From an uncultured bacterium (lineage in GTDB: Bacteria; Patescibacteriota; Patescibacteriia; CAIQCM01), in assembly GCA_963708045.1 (NCBI GenBank), contig OY970181.1, positions 1,127,443 to 1,188,223 of the forward strand: DNA of 60,781 nucleotides, read 5' to 3'. Below, piece by piece: positions 17,832 to 27,361 of the stretch (position 1 is the first letter of the stretch; every line of letters begins with the position of its first letter). Position numbers and translations under genes: made by a program. Below the pieces are notes generated by a model. That model was not told the DNA's origin. It made no database searches and saw only the letters and a list, made by a program, of their open reading frames with translations.

Positions 17832-19235
17832 TTATCTAACTTCCACCGTTTCAATTATATATTCACCCTTTTCGCGCCATTTGCCAGCGACGACAACAAA
17901 CTTGTCGCCTTTTTTAAACAATTTTGTTGCTATTACTTTTTTGCGCATTGTCGCAATCAGCGTTTGTAAATTTTTTATCTTCGGAACAATGATCGGGGTA
18001 ACACCCCACGAGAGAACAACCGCGCCGGCTGCGATTTCGTCGGGCACGGCGGCATAAATCGGAATCTCTGGACGCATTCGGGCAATGTAACGCGCGCTCG
18101 CACCCGAAGTCGTTGCCGCAATAATTGCTTTGGCGGAAATTTTTTCGGCAAGCACTGCGGCTGTTGTCGCAATTCCGCGACGGACGCTTTCTTGTGTAAC
18201 CGAAATTTCCGAAGGCAAATCGTCGTAATGCGATTTTTCAGTTTCGCGAGCAACTGCTGCCATTGTCTGAACCGCTTCAACCGGATATTTGCCGCTCGCG
18301 GTTTCGCCCGAAAGCATTATCGCATCGGCGTGATCAATAATCGCGTTCGCAATATCCGAAACCTCAGCGCGGGTTGGGCGCGGATTTCTAATCATTGAGT
18401 CAAGCATTTGTGTTGCGACGACAACCGGCTTACCCGCCTTAAGACACTTCGCAATCATCATCTTTTGCGCGACCGGTACCTGCTCGGCGGGAATTTCTAC
18501 GCCAAGGTCGCCGCGCGCGACCATAACCGCGTCGGTCGCTTCCAAAATTTCATCAAAGTTGGTAATCGCTTGCGGCTTTTCAAGTTTAACAATAATCTTT
18601 GGCGCCGTTTTTTCTTTGCCCAACATCCGACGAAGTTCAAGGACGTCAGACGCGTCGCGCACAAACGAAAGTGCCACCCAACTTGCCTTAACACTCAGCG
18701 CAAACTTAGCGTCAATCCGATCTTTTTCCGTAATTGACGACTGTTGTAAATCCGTGTCCGGCAAATTCATTCCTTTGTTTGATTTAAGAATTCCCGCCGT
18801 GCCAATCTTTGCCGTTACACGATGGCCAGACACCGAAACCACCATCGCGTCCATAAGTCCGTCGTCAAAAAGCATCCGCTCGCCGGCCTTAATGTCTTCG
18901 TGCAATTTTTTGTAGCCAACGGGAATATATTTTGGCAACTTATCATTAGGATCGGTTGAAAAAACAACCGTGCTTCCCGAAACAAGTTCAACCCCTTCGT
19001 CCGGCATTTTTCCGACGCGAATTTTTGGCCCCTGAAGGTCAACCAAAATACCAACTGTGGTCTTTGCCGCCTTAGCCGCCGCACGAACGTTTTTAATATT
19101 GTTCGCGTGCGTCGCGTGGTCGCCATGCGACATATTCATTCGCGCGACGTTCATTCCTTCTTTAATCAGCTTAGCCAGGGTGGCGGGCGCGTTGCAGGCT
19201 GGACCAATGGTACAAATTATTTTAGTTCTTTTCAT
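17832..19235 (-). CDS. pyk: Pyruvate kinase
   Basis: TKIICTIGP, RMNMSHG, DLQGPKIR, MVARGDLGVE, ATQMLDSM, MLSGETA. Confidence 0.98.
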   Translation of the reverse strand: MKRTKIICTIGPACNAPATLAKLIKEGMNVARMNMSHGDHATHANNIKNVRAAAKAAKTTVGILVDLQGPKIRVGKMPDEGVELVSGSTVVFSTDPNDKLPKYIPVGYKKLHEDIKAGERMLFDDGLMDAMVVSVSGHRVTAKIGTAGILKSNKGMNLPDTDLQQSSITEKDRIDAKFALSVKASWVALSFVRDASDVLELRRMLGKEKTAPKIIVKLEKPQAITNFDEILEATDAVMVARGDLGVEIPAEQVPVAQKMMIAKCLKAGKPVVVATQMLDSMIRNPRPTRAEVSDIANAIIDHADAIMLSGETASGKYPVEAVQTMAAVARETEKSHYDDLPSEISVTQESVRRGIATTAAVLAEKISAKAIIAATTSGASARYIARMRPEIPIYAAVPDEIAAGAVVLSWGVTPIIVPKIKNLQTLIATMRKKVIATKLFKKGDKFVVVAGKWREKGEYIIETVEVR

Positions 19236-19425
19236 ATTATGCCAAAACGCGAAACCAAATCACGTTAATTTCTTTAAGTTTAATTGTAACAAAAGTATCT
19301 TATCAGAGTTTCGTGAAACAGAAAACCCCCCTTACTGGCAAATAGCACGTTGCATATAGCTAATGGTAAAAAAATAAAATTGCTCCAGTATTTTTGGAGC
19401 AATTTTATATACTATTTGCAATTAA

Positions 19426-20694
19426 CTATTTGCCGATAACCGCCGGCTCGGCAAGCGTTACCGTTACCGTTTTGGTCTCACCTTTATGATAAACCTTGAG
19501 CGTTATTTTATCGCCAACGTTTTTCCCCATAACAATGGTTCCGAGCGAATGGTCAGCATCAATTTTTGTTCCATCGGCTTCCAAGATAATATCATTTTCG
19601 GTAATCCCCGCCTTATCAGCCGGCGAACCAGGAATAACCGCAAGGTCGGTCGGATTGGTTCCGCGAAGGACGAGCGCGCCGTAAGAAAACGGCAAACTAT
19701 TTTTTTCCGCTGCGTCCGGCGTGATGAGTGAGTAACGAACGCCAAGGTACGGCCTCACAATGCGGCCATTTTGTTTTACCGAATCAATAGAGCGCTTGGC
19801 CATATTAATCGGAATCGCAAAGCCGACCGATTGACCAGCTTGCGAAACTGCCGTGTTTACGCCGACCACTTTTCCGTCCAGCGTGAGCAGTGGACCGCCG
19901 GAGTTTCCTGGATTAATCGCCGCATCGGTTTGAATGGCGCCGTCAATTACTTCGCTTCCCGCCATCGTTCCGCCGGCAACGAGCCGCCGATTAAGACCCG
20001 AGACAATGCCGCGCGTCACAGTATTGGAAAATTCACCAAGCGCGTTGCCGATCGCGACAACGGAGTCGCCAATTTCAAGCGTGCCCGAGTCACCAAGCGT
20101 CACCGCCGGAAAACCCGTGCCGTCAATTTTTATCAGCGCCAAATCAATTACCGTATCGCGCGCCAAAACTTTGGCATCATGCTTTTTCCCGTCCGACGTC
20201 ACGACTGTATACGTTGCTGCGGTATCTTCAACCACGTGGCGGTTTGTGACGATGAGACCATCTGCCGAAACAAAGAAGCCACTCCCCCCGCCCACCGTTT
20301 GTTTTTGCGTTGGCGCGTTACCATTGCCGCCGCCATTCATTCCGTTACCCATATCAAAAGAGAACGGCCCGATATTAAACATATTGCCTAACTGGTTTGC
20401 CGAAACATCTTTAGTGATAACAATGGAAACAACTGATGGTGAAACTTTTTTCACCATTTGCGCCATATCTTCCGACGGCACCACTGGCGTGACTTTTTCC
20501 GGAGACAAATTTTTAACTTGCTCCGAAGTATTTTCTTTTTTTAGGTTCGCCGCAAACGACGAAGAGCCTTGTTTAAACGCGGTTGCCGCGGCAAAAAATC
20601 CAACCACGCCACCCGTCGCGCCGCCAAGAATTATTGAACCAGCAACGGCAGCAATGATGACTAATTTTAAATGAGAAAATTTATGTTGAAACAT
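19426..20694 (-). CDS. htrA: HtrA/DegP-type serine protease with one PDZ domain
   Basis: N-terminal TM; TNRHVV, IDLALIK, QTDAAINPGNSGGPL; C-terminal PDZ. Confidence 0.93.
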   Translation of the reverse strand: MFQHKFSHLKLVIIAAVAGSIILGGATGGVVGFFAAATAFKQGSSSFAANLKKENTSEQVKNLSPEKVTPVVPSEDMAQMVKKVSPSVVSIVITKDVSANQLGNMFNIGPFSFDMGNGMNGGGNGNAPTQKQTVGGGSGFFVSADGLIVTNRHVVEDTAATYTVVTSDGKKHDAKVLARDTVIDLALIKIDGTGFPAVTLGDSGTLEIGDSVVAIGNALGEFSNTVTRGIVSGLNRRLVAGGTMAGSEVIDGAIQTDAAINPGNSGGPLLTLDGKVVGVNTAVSQAGQSVGFAIPINMAKRSIDSVKQNGRIVRPYLGVRYSLITPDAAEKNSLPFSYGALVLRGTNPTDLAVIPGSPADKAGITENDIILEADGTKIDADHSLGTIVMGKNVGDKITLKVYHKGETKTVTVTLAEPAVIGK

Positions 20695-20700
20695 ATTTTT

Positions 20701-20752
20701 TCTAACTTTTAACTATTAACTTTTAACTTTTAGAAAAGACCTAAAAGTTATA
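20701..20752. repeat. Heptamer repeats (TAACTTT/TAACTAT) with a short inverted arm
   Basis: Same family as 15254-15323; directly after the nrdR stop. Confidence 0.8.
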
Positions 20753-20753
20753 T

Positions 20754-21218
20754 TTATTTCTTTTTTTTGGGCGCAATGAGCGATTTGACCTCGTCGGCAA
20801 AACGATCCAGATCTTCAAACGAACGGTAAACCGAGGCAAAACGGATATAGGCAACTTTGTCAAAACGTTTAAGGCGATTCATCGCGACTTCGCCCACTTC
20901 TTTGCTCGTAATTTCTTCTTTTTTAACGCGCGAAAGATCGCGTTCAATTTCGCCCAGCAATTTTTGAAATTGTTCCTCAGTATACGGCCGCTTTTCCAAA
21001 GCGCGGCGCAGGCCGGAAGCGATTTTTTCGCGACGGTACGATTCGCGCCGGCCGTCGCGCTTCACAATTGTTAAATCCAAAAGCTCAACGCGCTCAACTG
21101 TGGAAAAACGATGACCGCATTTTTCGCACTCGCGGCGACGGCGAATACCCATCCCGTCATTGGTTATACGAGAGTCAATTACTTTTGTGTCCTCGTTGTT
21201 GCAAGACGTACAGCGCAT
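20754..21218 (-). CDS. nrdR: Transcriptional repressor NrdR
   Basis: MRCxxC, DSR, IRRRRECEKCGHRFST, ATP-cone, VAYIRFASVYRSF. Confidence 0.98.
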   Translation of the reverse strand: MRCTSCNNEDTKVIDSRITNDGMGIRRRRECEKCGHRFSTVERVELLDLTIVKRDGRRESYRREKIASGLRRALEKRPYTEEQFQKLLGEIERDLSRVKKEEITSKEVGEVAMNRLKRFDKVAYIRFASVYRSFEDLDRFADEVKSLIAPKKKK

Positions 21219-21282
21219 ATTTTCAAGACCACCCCGCTTTGAGGCAGGGTGATTTGTTTATAATCTGTTGTTGATTTATGAC

Positions 21283-21313
21283 TAAAAGTTAACAGTTAAA
21301 AGTTAAAAGTTAA
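21283..21313. repeat. Heptamer repeats (TAAAAGT/TAACAGT)
   Basis: Four units immediately past the ftsZ stop at 21317. Confidence 0.8.
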
Positions 21314-21316
21314 TCC

Positions 21317-22507
21317 TTAGGGCAGCATCTTCTTTCTAATAAATGCTGGGATTTCTAGATCTTCTTCGTCCTTGTCTTTTTTAGCAACCGTCGCGATTGG
21401 TGGAATTTTTGGTTCTTCAATATTTATTTCGCGCGGCATTTCGCGGACATCTTTTCTTTCCTTTGGACGCAACTGGTCTTCTTTTTTCTTTAAGAGCGAC
21501 GAGGGAGTATATGAACCCGAAGCCAAAGCCGAAACGGTAGGAATTTTTTCCGATCTGTCTTCAAAACCAGTCGCGACAACGGTAATCTTTATTTCGTCTT
21601 TCATTGAATCGTTGATGGTCGCGCCAAAAATAACTTTGGCATTGGGGTCAGCCGAGGCAGTAATTATTTTTGCCGCTTCGGAGACCTCGTGCATACTCAT
21701 ATTGGTTCCGCCAGTGACTGTAAACAAAATTCCGCGCGCGCCTTCTATGGAAACTTCCAAAAGCGGCGACGCGATGGCCGCCTTAGCTGCTTCCACGGCG
21801 CGATTTTCTCCGGAGGCGCGACCAATGCCCATAAGCGACGAACCCTGATTAGCCATAATCGCCTTAACGTCAGCAAAGTCTACATTGATTAGTCCAGGCA
21901 CGGTAATGATTTCGGAAATTCCCTGCACACCCTGACGCAAAACATCATCAACAATATTAAAAGCTTCAAGCAAAGAAGTTTTTTTATCAATAATTTGCAA
22001 AATGCGATCGTTCGGAATAGTGATAATCGTGTCCACGTTGCCAACAAGCGCTTCATAGCCGCGTTCAGAAATATCGCGGCGTTGCGGGCCTTCAAAAGTA
22101 AACGGCTTGGTAACAACGGCAACCGTAAGCGCGCCAGCTTCTTTGGCCAGCTCGGCAACAATCGGCGCGGCGCCGGTTCCCGTTCCCCCGCCAAGTCCGC
22201 AGGTGATGAAGACCATGTCAGCGTTTTTGACGATATCGCGAATCTCGTTTTGGTTTTCTTCGGCCGAACGGCGGCCAGTATCGGGATCCATCCCCGCTCC
22301 AAGACCGCGCGTAATCCCCCTCCCAATATGCAAACGAACCGGCGCGAGCGAATGGTGAAGCGCCTGAACGTCGGTATTCATTGCCACAAATTCCACGCCC
22401 TTTATTTTTGACTGGATCATTCTATTGACCGCGCTTCCGCCCGAACCACCAACGCCGATCACTTGAATTTTTGCAAAAGTTTCAATGTCTGGTTTTATTT
22501 CTGGCAT
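21317..22507 (-). CDS. ftsZ: Cell division protein FtsZ
   Basis: GVGGSGGSAVN, GGGTGTG tubulin signature, INVDFAD, C-terminal EDLEIPAFIRKK. Confidence 0.99.
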   Translation of the reverse strand: MPEIKPDIETFAKIQVIGVGGSGGSAVNRMIQSKIKGVEFVAMNTDVQALHHSLAPVRLHIGRGITRGLGAGMDPDTGRRSAEENQNEIRDIVKNADMVFITCGLGGGTGTGAAPIVAELAKEAGALTVAVVTKPFTFEGPQRRDISERGYEALVGNVDTIITIPNDRILQIIDKKTSLLEAFNIVDDVLRQGVQGISEIITVPGLINVDFADVKAIMANQGSSLMGIGRASGENRAVEAAKAAIASPLLEVSIEGARGILFTVTGGTNMSMHEVSEAAKIITASADPNAKVIFGATINDSMKDEIKITVVATGFEDRSEKIPTVSALASGSYTPSSLLKKKEDQLRPKERKDVREMPREINIEEPKIPPIATVAKKDKDEEDLEIPAFIRKKMLP

Positions 22508-22515
22508 ATGTTTTT

Positions 22516-22750
22516 ATGAACCATGTACCACGTACCATGAAACATGGTGTATGAACACTAAACGTGTTCGCTCGTGTGGATGATTTTTGTTTGGTCAATC
22601 ATTGTATCGCGAAAAAGCAGTTAGGTCAATGAAATCATGGACCATGTACCATGAAACATGAACCATTATCAAAAACTCCCGCTCTGCGGGAGTCAATATG
22701 GTTCATGGTGCATGGTACATGGTGTGTGGTGTGTAGTACATGCTTCATGC
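22516..22750. repeat. CATG-family heptamer arrays flanking the ftsZ promoter; the distal array is a long hairpin with a ctcccgc/gcgggag core
   Basis: ATGAACC/ATGTACC/ATGAAAC units at 22516-22556 and 22637-22666; complementary ATGGTTC/ATGGTAC units at 22698-22750. Confidence 0.85.
22601..22629 (-). promoter_or_regulatory. sigma70-type promoter for ftsZ
   Basis: Minus strand TTGACC-17-TACAAT. Confidence 0.6.
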
Positions 22751-24003
22751 TACGGCATGAACGACTTAAAAAATTTCTTAACGTTCTTTTGAACGCCGCC
22801 CAAGTTCGGCATTTTTAAAGAAAAACCTGATCCGCCATTATCTTTGGCTGTAGCTGTTTGCGCGCTCCAAAGCAAAAGACCGACGGCGGTCGCAAACGAC
22901 GTGTCCGAGGCTTTGTCAGCAATCGTTGAAATACCGATCGGATAACCGATGGTACAAGGCAACCTAAGAACACGTTTGCCAACCTCGGTAATGCCCGCAA
23001 GCTTAGCGCCGCCGCCGGTCAAAACCGCACCAGCGGGGAGCATTCCGCTCCTGTCAATTTTACGAAGTTCGCGATCAATCTTTTCAAAAATTTCCTCAAC
23101 ACGCGCTTCAATTATTTCACAAAGATATTTTTTAGAAATCTTTTCGCTTTCGGCCGCGCCCAAATCCATTAAGTCAATTTCGTTCTTTTTGGCAATATCT
23201 TTTGGCGCTGCCGAACCAAATTCAAGCTTGGCTTCTTCGGCAACATCAAGCGAGGTGCGCAAACCAATTGCGATATCGTTCGTTATGTGTTCGCTTCCGA
23301 CCGGAATGACGGCGATATGCATTACGTCCCCGCCTTCGTAAACCACGACCGAAGTAGATGCCGACCCGATATTCACCGACACCACCCCAAGGTCGCGACT
23401 TCTGGCCGGCGTGGTTGCTTCGGCGGCGGCGAGCGCTCCCAAAACCAAATTATCTATTTCAATACCGGTGCGGTGGACGCATTTTGTAAGATTTTTAATA
23501 TGCGAAGACAGTCCCTGAACAATCTGCGCTTCAACGTCTAGCCTGATTCCCGTCATGCCAACGGGATCGCGGACGCCAGACGTTCCATCAACGACAAAAC
23601 TTTTTGGAAGAACATGAATGATCTCGTAGTTCGCTGGTGTCGGCACCATTCTGGCCGCTTCTACCGCCCGCTCAACGTCTTCTTCGCGAATCTCACCATC
23701 GGCTCGGGAAACACCAATTACACCGTGCGACGACTGCGACAAGACGCCAGTGCCGGAAACAGCAAGAACAGCGGAGTCTAACGACTCGCCAACAATCCGC
23801 TCAGCTTGCTCAAGCGCCGTGGAAACAGCGGTAACCGCTTCTTCAATAGAAATAATATTGCCACGCGAAACGCCCGCCGACTTAACTTCTACCGCGGCAA
23901 TAATATGAACCCGATCAGCTGCTTCGGGTGGCAATAGGTGTCCTGCAACAATACGCACCGCTTGCGTACCAATATCCAATCCGGTGATAATTCTTTCAGC
24001 CAT
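22750..24003 (-). CDS. ftsA: Cell division protein FtsA
   Basis: GLDIGT, DPVGMTG.RL, VNIGSASTS, IPVGSEHITNDIA, EIIEARVEEI, VLTGGGAKL. Confidence 0.97.
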   Translation of the reverse strand: MAERIITGLDIGTQAVRIVAGHLLPPEAADRVHIIAAVEVKSAGVSRGNIISIEEAVTAVSTALEQAERIVGESLDSAVLAVSGTGVLSQSSHGVIGVSRADGEIREEDVERAVEAARMVPTPANYEIIHVLPKSFVVDGTSGVRDPVGMTGIRLDVEAQIVQGLSSHIKNLTKCVHRTGIEIDNLVLGALAAAEATTPARSRDLGVVSVNIGSASTSVVVYEGGDVMHIAVIPVGSEHITNDIAIGLRTSLDVAEEAKLEFGSAAPKDIAKKNEIDLMDLGAAESEKISKKYLCEIIEARVEEIFEKIDRELRKIDRSGMLPAGAVLTGGGAKLAGITEVGKRVLRLPCTIGYPIGISTIADKASDTSFATAVGLLLWSAQTATAKDNGGSGFSLKMPNLGGVQKNVKKFFKSFMP

Positions 24004-24363
24004 TTAGATTAAAAAATACGGAATTATGATAATCGCGCCAATAATCAGACTTGCGAGCGACGAGAGAAGAACCGCTCCTGCCATTATATCCTTTATATCC
24101 CGCGCATGCGACCCGATCCCCGGTGAAATTATATCCAAAAGTCGCTCAAATACGCTATTTATCAATTCTAACACAATGACACCGACGGCAACAAGAAAAA
24201 GCAAGACGGCATCTGTTGCGCGAATTTTCAAAAAGACAATAAACGCGATAAGAACAACAAAAACAAGCATTTGCACACGAAAACTATGCCCCGTACGAAA
24301 TTCTTCGTAAAGTCCACGGAGAGCGTGTTCTAAGCTTTTTTTGAATTTAATTAAACTAATCAT
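24004..24363 (-). CDS. dgkA: Prokaryotic diacylglycerol/undecaprenol kinase family protein
   Basis: Three TMs; ELINSVFE, IKDIMAGAVLL. Confidence 0.88.
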   Translation of the reverse strand: MISLIKFKKSLEHALRGLYEEFRTGHSFRVQMLVFVVLIAFIVFLKIRATDAVLLFLVAVGVIVLELINSVFERLLDIISPGIGSHARDIKDIMAGAVLLSSLASLIIGAIIIIPYFLI

Positions 24364-24370
24364 TTTGTAT

Positions 24371-24405
24371 TAGGGTTTAGGGGTTAGTGAAGCTACTATA
24401 CCCTA
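24371..24405. repeat. TAGGGTT-family heptamer repeat
   Basis: tagggtt-taggggt-tagtgaa...cccta; same family as 43531-43608; overlaps the ybeY stop. Confidence 0.6.
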
Positions 24406-24807
24406 GACGCTTTTTAATATTTTTCTTTCCATCTTTACCATTACTTGCTCCTCTTTTTTTGTATGGTGGTCATAGCCGCAAAGATGCAATATTCCGTGGA
24501 CAATCAACAACTTAAGATAATCCTTTTCAGCCATTCCCCTTTCTTTTGCTTTACGAAGAGCACTTTGTGTTGAAATAAAAATGTCGCCCAAGTCAAGCTC
24601 ATCACCAGATTCAAAAGAAAGAATATCGGTCGGTCTTTTTTTATTTCTATAGACGCTATTAAGTTTTTCAATCTCTTCGTCAGAAACAAAAACCACGGAA
24701 AAACTCGCCGTTTCTTTAGACAAAAAAGAAAGCGCCGCTCGCGCCGCTTTTTTTACCAAAGCGGCGGATACTTTTGCTTTCTTTTCGCCAAAGACACTGA
24801 CTGACAT
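24403..24807 (-). CDS. ybeY: rRNA maturation endoribonuclease YbeY
   Basis: LNSVYRNKKRPTDILSF, HGILHLCGYDH. Confidence 0.96.
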   Translation of the reverse strand: MSVSVFGEKKAKVSAALVKKAARAALSFLSKETASFSVVFVSDEEIEKLNSVYRNKKRPTDILSFESGDELDLGDIFISTQSALRKAKERGMAEKDYLKLLIVHGILHLCGYDHHTKKEEQVMVKMERKILKSV

Positions 24808-25874
24808 TAAGATTTGATGTGGTCTATTGAAGCGATGATCATTTCAAGCGTGCTGATGAAATTATAGTCCGTCATTCCGTTAGGGTTATACGTAATCGTC
24901 AAAACTTCGCTACCCAAATCCAGATAGGCGGTTAGGCGATCAGACGAACGAAGAGCATCTAAGCCAGTTTTATAAGTTCTAAAACGCTCAACGTCACCGC
25001 TTTTTGCTTCGGGCGAAGTCGCAAGATACCAATCCAAAATTGACTGGCCTGGCGACTTATCAACCGACAAAATCTCAATAAACTCTCCCGAAGGAGCATC
25101 AACAAAATATTGATCCGTGCCCGCGCCGCGTTCAACCCACGAAGCTGGCGTTAGCGCGGAATATTTTTCCGCCTCATTATTAACAACGCGAATATTTGGC
25201 GAATCCTTAAGCATGGCCGGTGCTTTTACGATTGGATCAAAAAGGTGGACAACTTCGTTACCATCATTAAACGAATCACCGTCGGCGTCGGGATTTCGCG
25301 GATCGCTCTTATAAATAGTTACTTCTTCAACGTCGGTAAGCCCGTCGGAGTCGGTATCAGGACCACTCCGCGGTGGCGGTGGGGGTGGCGGCGGAACATT
25401 AGCATTAACATTCTCGTTCACGTTAGTGTTAATGTTTTCATTAACCGGTGGCGGTGGGGGTGGAGTATTAACATTCAAATTGGCCACGGGAACTTTTTTT
25501 CCAAACGGGACATATAAAATAACGAGCGACGTGGCAACGCCAAGAAGGACAACAATGAGAGTTATCACCAGAATCAAATTCCCCTTCTTCTTTTTAGGTT
25601 TTGGCGGAATCGGCAATGGCGCTTTTTGTTCCGTCGTTATAACAACCTCGCGAATTATTGGCGCTTTACCAGCTGGCGCACCAATCAATTTTTCGGGCAT
25701 TGTATGAATTTCTGGCATTTGAGCAGTCGTCGCTTTAACGCCAAAAATCGGCTTAACCGCTTGACCGGCCGTTTGCGGCGCTTTTGATTGCGCGGCGGGC
25801 GGTGGCGGGGGCGTCAATGGAAGCGATGTTGGGGCGGCGGAAGGGTTTAATTTTTTTTCTTCTTGTTCAAACAT
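24807..25874 (-). CDS. Single-TM protein with Pro-rich N-terminus and Ca-binding (DxDxDG, TSP3-like) repeats
   Basis: TM LILVITLIVVLLGVATSLVILYV; DTDSDGLTD and DADGDSFNDG repeats; extra C-terminal domain. Confidence 0.8.
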   Translation of the reverse strand: MFEQEEKKLNPSAAPTSLPLTPPPPPAAQSKAPQTAGQAVKPIFGVKATTAQMPEIHTMPEKLIGAPAGKAPIIREVVITTEQKAPLPIPPKPKKKKGNLILVITLIVVLLGVATSLVILYVPFGKKVPVANLNVNTPPPPPPVNENINTNVNENVNANVPPPPPPPPRSGPDTDSDGLTDVEEVTIYKSDPRNPDADGDSFNDGNEVVHLFDPIVKAPAMLKDSPNIRVVNNEAEKYSALTPASWVERGAGTDQYFVDAPSGEFIEILSVDKSPGQSILDWYLATSPEAKSGDVERFRTYKTGLDALRSSDRLTAYLDLGSEVLTITYNPNGMTDYNFISTLEMIIASIDHIKS

Positions 25875-25875
25875 T

Positions 25876-26730
25876 TTATTTAATTACTGGGGGTAATAAT
25901 TTTCCAGGTCCAAGCGGATTATATCCGCCTTTAACTTCAACACCGTCTGCATATCCATCACCGTCAGTATCTGCCTTAAGCGGGTCAGTCTTCCAGGTAA
26001 CAATTTCATCACGGTCAGAAAGACCATCGCCGTCAGTGTCGGCTTTATTAGGATCAGTCAGGTAGACATTTGTTTCTGCATCATCAGTTAAGCCATCGCC
26101 ATCAGTATCTACGGCGGGCAAAAACGGAGCGGGCGTATTGGCATTAATATTTTCGTTAGTATTTATAATTGCCGGCTGATTAGTGTTTTCGTTTTGGTTC
26201 ACCGGCGCGTTATTGTTCTCATTTATCGGAATATTTACATTGTCATTTTCATTAACCGCAGGAACATTATTATTGGTGTTAACTGGGGTTTTATTTACGA
26301 GCGAAGGAGCAATAACGTAAATATAAAGCGCATACGCGCCACCAATAATAATTATGGCACCAATCGCAAAAAAAACTAGGCGCGTTAATTTTCGGCCGAT
26401 TCCCAAAGCTGGCGACTCGGCGATCGATGCCATCGGATTAGGCGTTCTTGGAATTGTTCCGTTGTCGCGTCCCAAGGGCGCGGTTTTTGAAAAAATATCT
26501 TCCGGTTCGCGGGTTGCCGTCTTTACTAAAAATGGTTTTACTCCCGGAACGGGAGGCGGGGGCGGGAAAGACGAAGGCGGCGGAGCGGGCGACGCAAACA
26601 TATCCTGAGGCGATTGAAGCGGAGCTGCCGTCGTTGGCGCAAGGATTGGAGGAAGGGACGGCGGCTTGCCGCCAACCGACGGGTTGGGCGGTTGAACCGT
26701 TGATTGATTGGGTTGATCAAATAAAGCCAT
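25876..26730 (-). CDS. Single-TM protein with Pro-rich N-terminus, Asn-rich linker and three TSP3-like Ca-binding repeats
   Basis: DTDGDGLTD, DTDGDGLSD, DTDGDGYADG..E..GYNPLG. Confidence 0.8.
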   Translation of the reverse strand: MALFDQPNQSTVQPPNPSVGGKPPSLPPILAPTTAAPLQSPQDMFASPAPPPSSFPPPPPVPGVKPFLVKTATREPEDIFSKTAPLGRDNGTIPRTPNPMASIAESPALGIGRKLTRLVFFAIGAIIIIGGAYALYIYVIAPSLVNKTPVNTNNNVPAVNENDNVNIPINENNNAPVNQNENTNQPAIINTNENINANTPAPFLPAVDTDGDGLTDDAETNVYLTDPNKADTDGDGLSDRDEIVTWKTDPLKADTDGDGYADGVEVKGGYNPLGPGKLLPPVIK

Positions 26731-26787
26731 ACTTCTTATTTTTTGATACGTTCAGTAAAATATTATACTCCCTTTCTTTGTGTTTTG

Positions 26788-27354
26788 TCATTTACTAGAC
26801 GGATCCAGAGGATTTGTCCCGGATTCAATCTCATTTCCATCATTCACGCCATCGCGGTCGCTATCCTTATTTAACGGATCAGTTTTAAATGCCTTGACCT
26901 CATCGCGGTCGGTGGCGTCGTCGGCGTCGGTATCAGCTTTAAACGGGTCAGTGTGATAAATATTTATTTCATCAACATCGGACAAACCATCGTGATCCGT
27001 ATCAAGTGGAAATTTAATTTCCGGATTTTTAGTATAAAAATAAGCTTGCGGATTGGTGCCATTTGTCGGGCTAGTTGTTTTCATCCAAATATTTTCGCCT
27101 GAAACAAAACCGTATTTAATCTTTTCTTCCGTGGACAACGCGCGATCTATTCCCGGCTGAAGTTTTTCTTTAGGAATGTTTGAATTGGTATTTTCCTGTT
27201 TTGGAAGATTTTTTCCCGACGTTATTATTAAATCATTTTTTGGTCGCAAAAAAACAAAAAATAAAATTATAATGACCACGACACCAAAAACAACCAAGGC
27301 GCCAATGATCAAAGGCTTAAAAGACTTTTTTGGTTCTTCGCCAAGATAATCCAT
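26788..27354 (-). CDS. Single-TM protein with three TSP3-like Ca-binding repeats
   Basis: ATG at 27354; TM LIIGALVVFGVVVIIILFFVFL; DTDHDGLSD, DTDADDATD, DSDRDGVNDG. Confidence 0.8.
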   Translation of the reverse strand: MDYLGEEPKKSFKPLIIGALVVFGVVVIIILFFVFLRPKNDLIITSGKNLPKQENTNSNIPKEKLQPGIDRALSTEEKIKYGFVSGENIWMKTTSPTNGTNPQAYFYTKNPEIKFPLDTDHDGLSDVDEINIYHTDPFKADTDADDATDRDEVKAFKTDPLNKDSDRDGVNDGNEIESGTNPLDPSSK

Positions 27355-27361
27355 ATTTATT

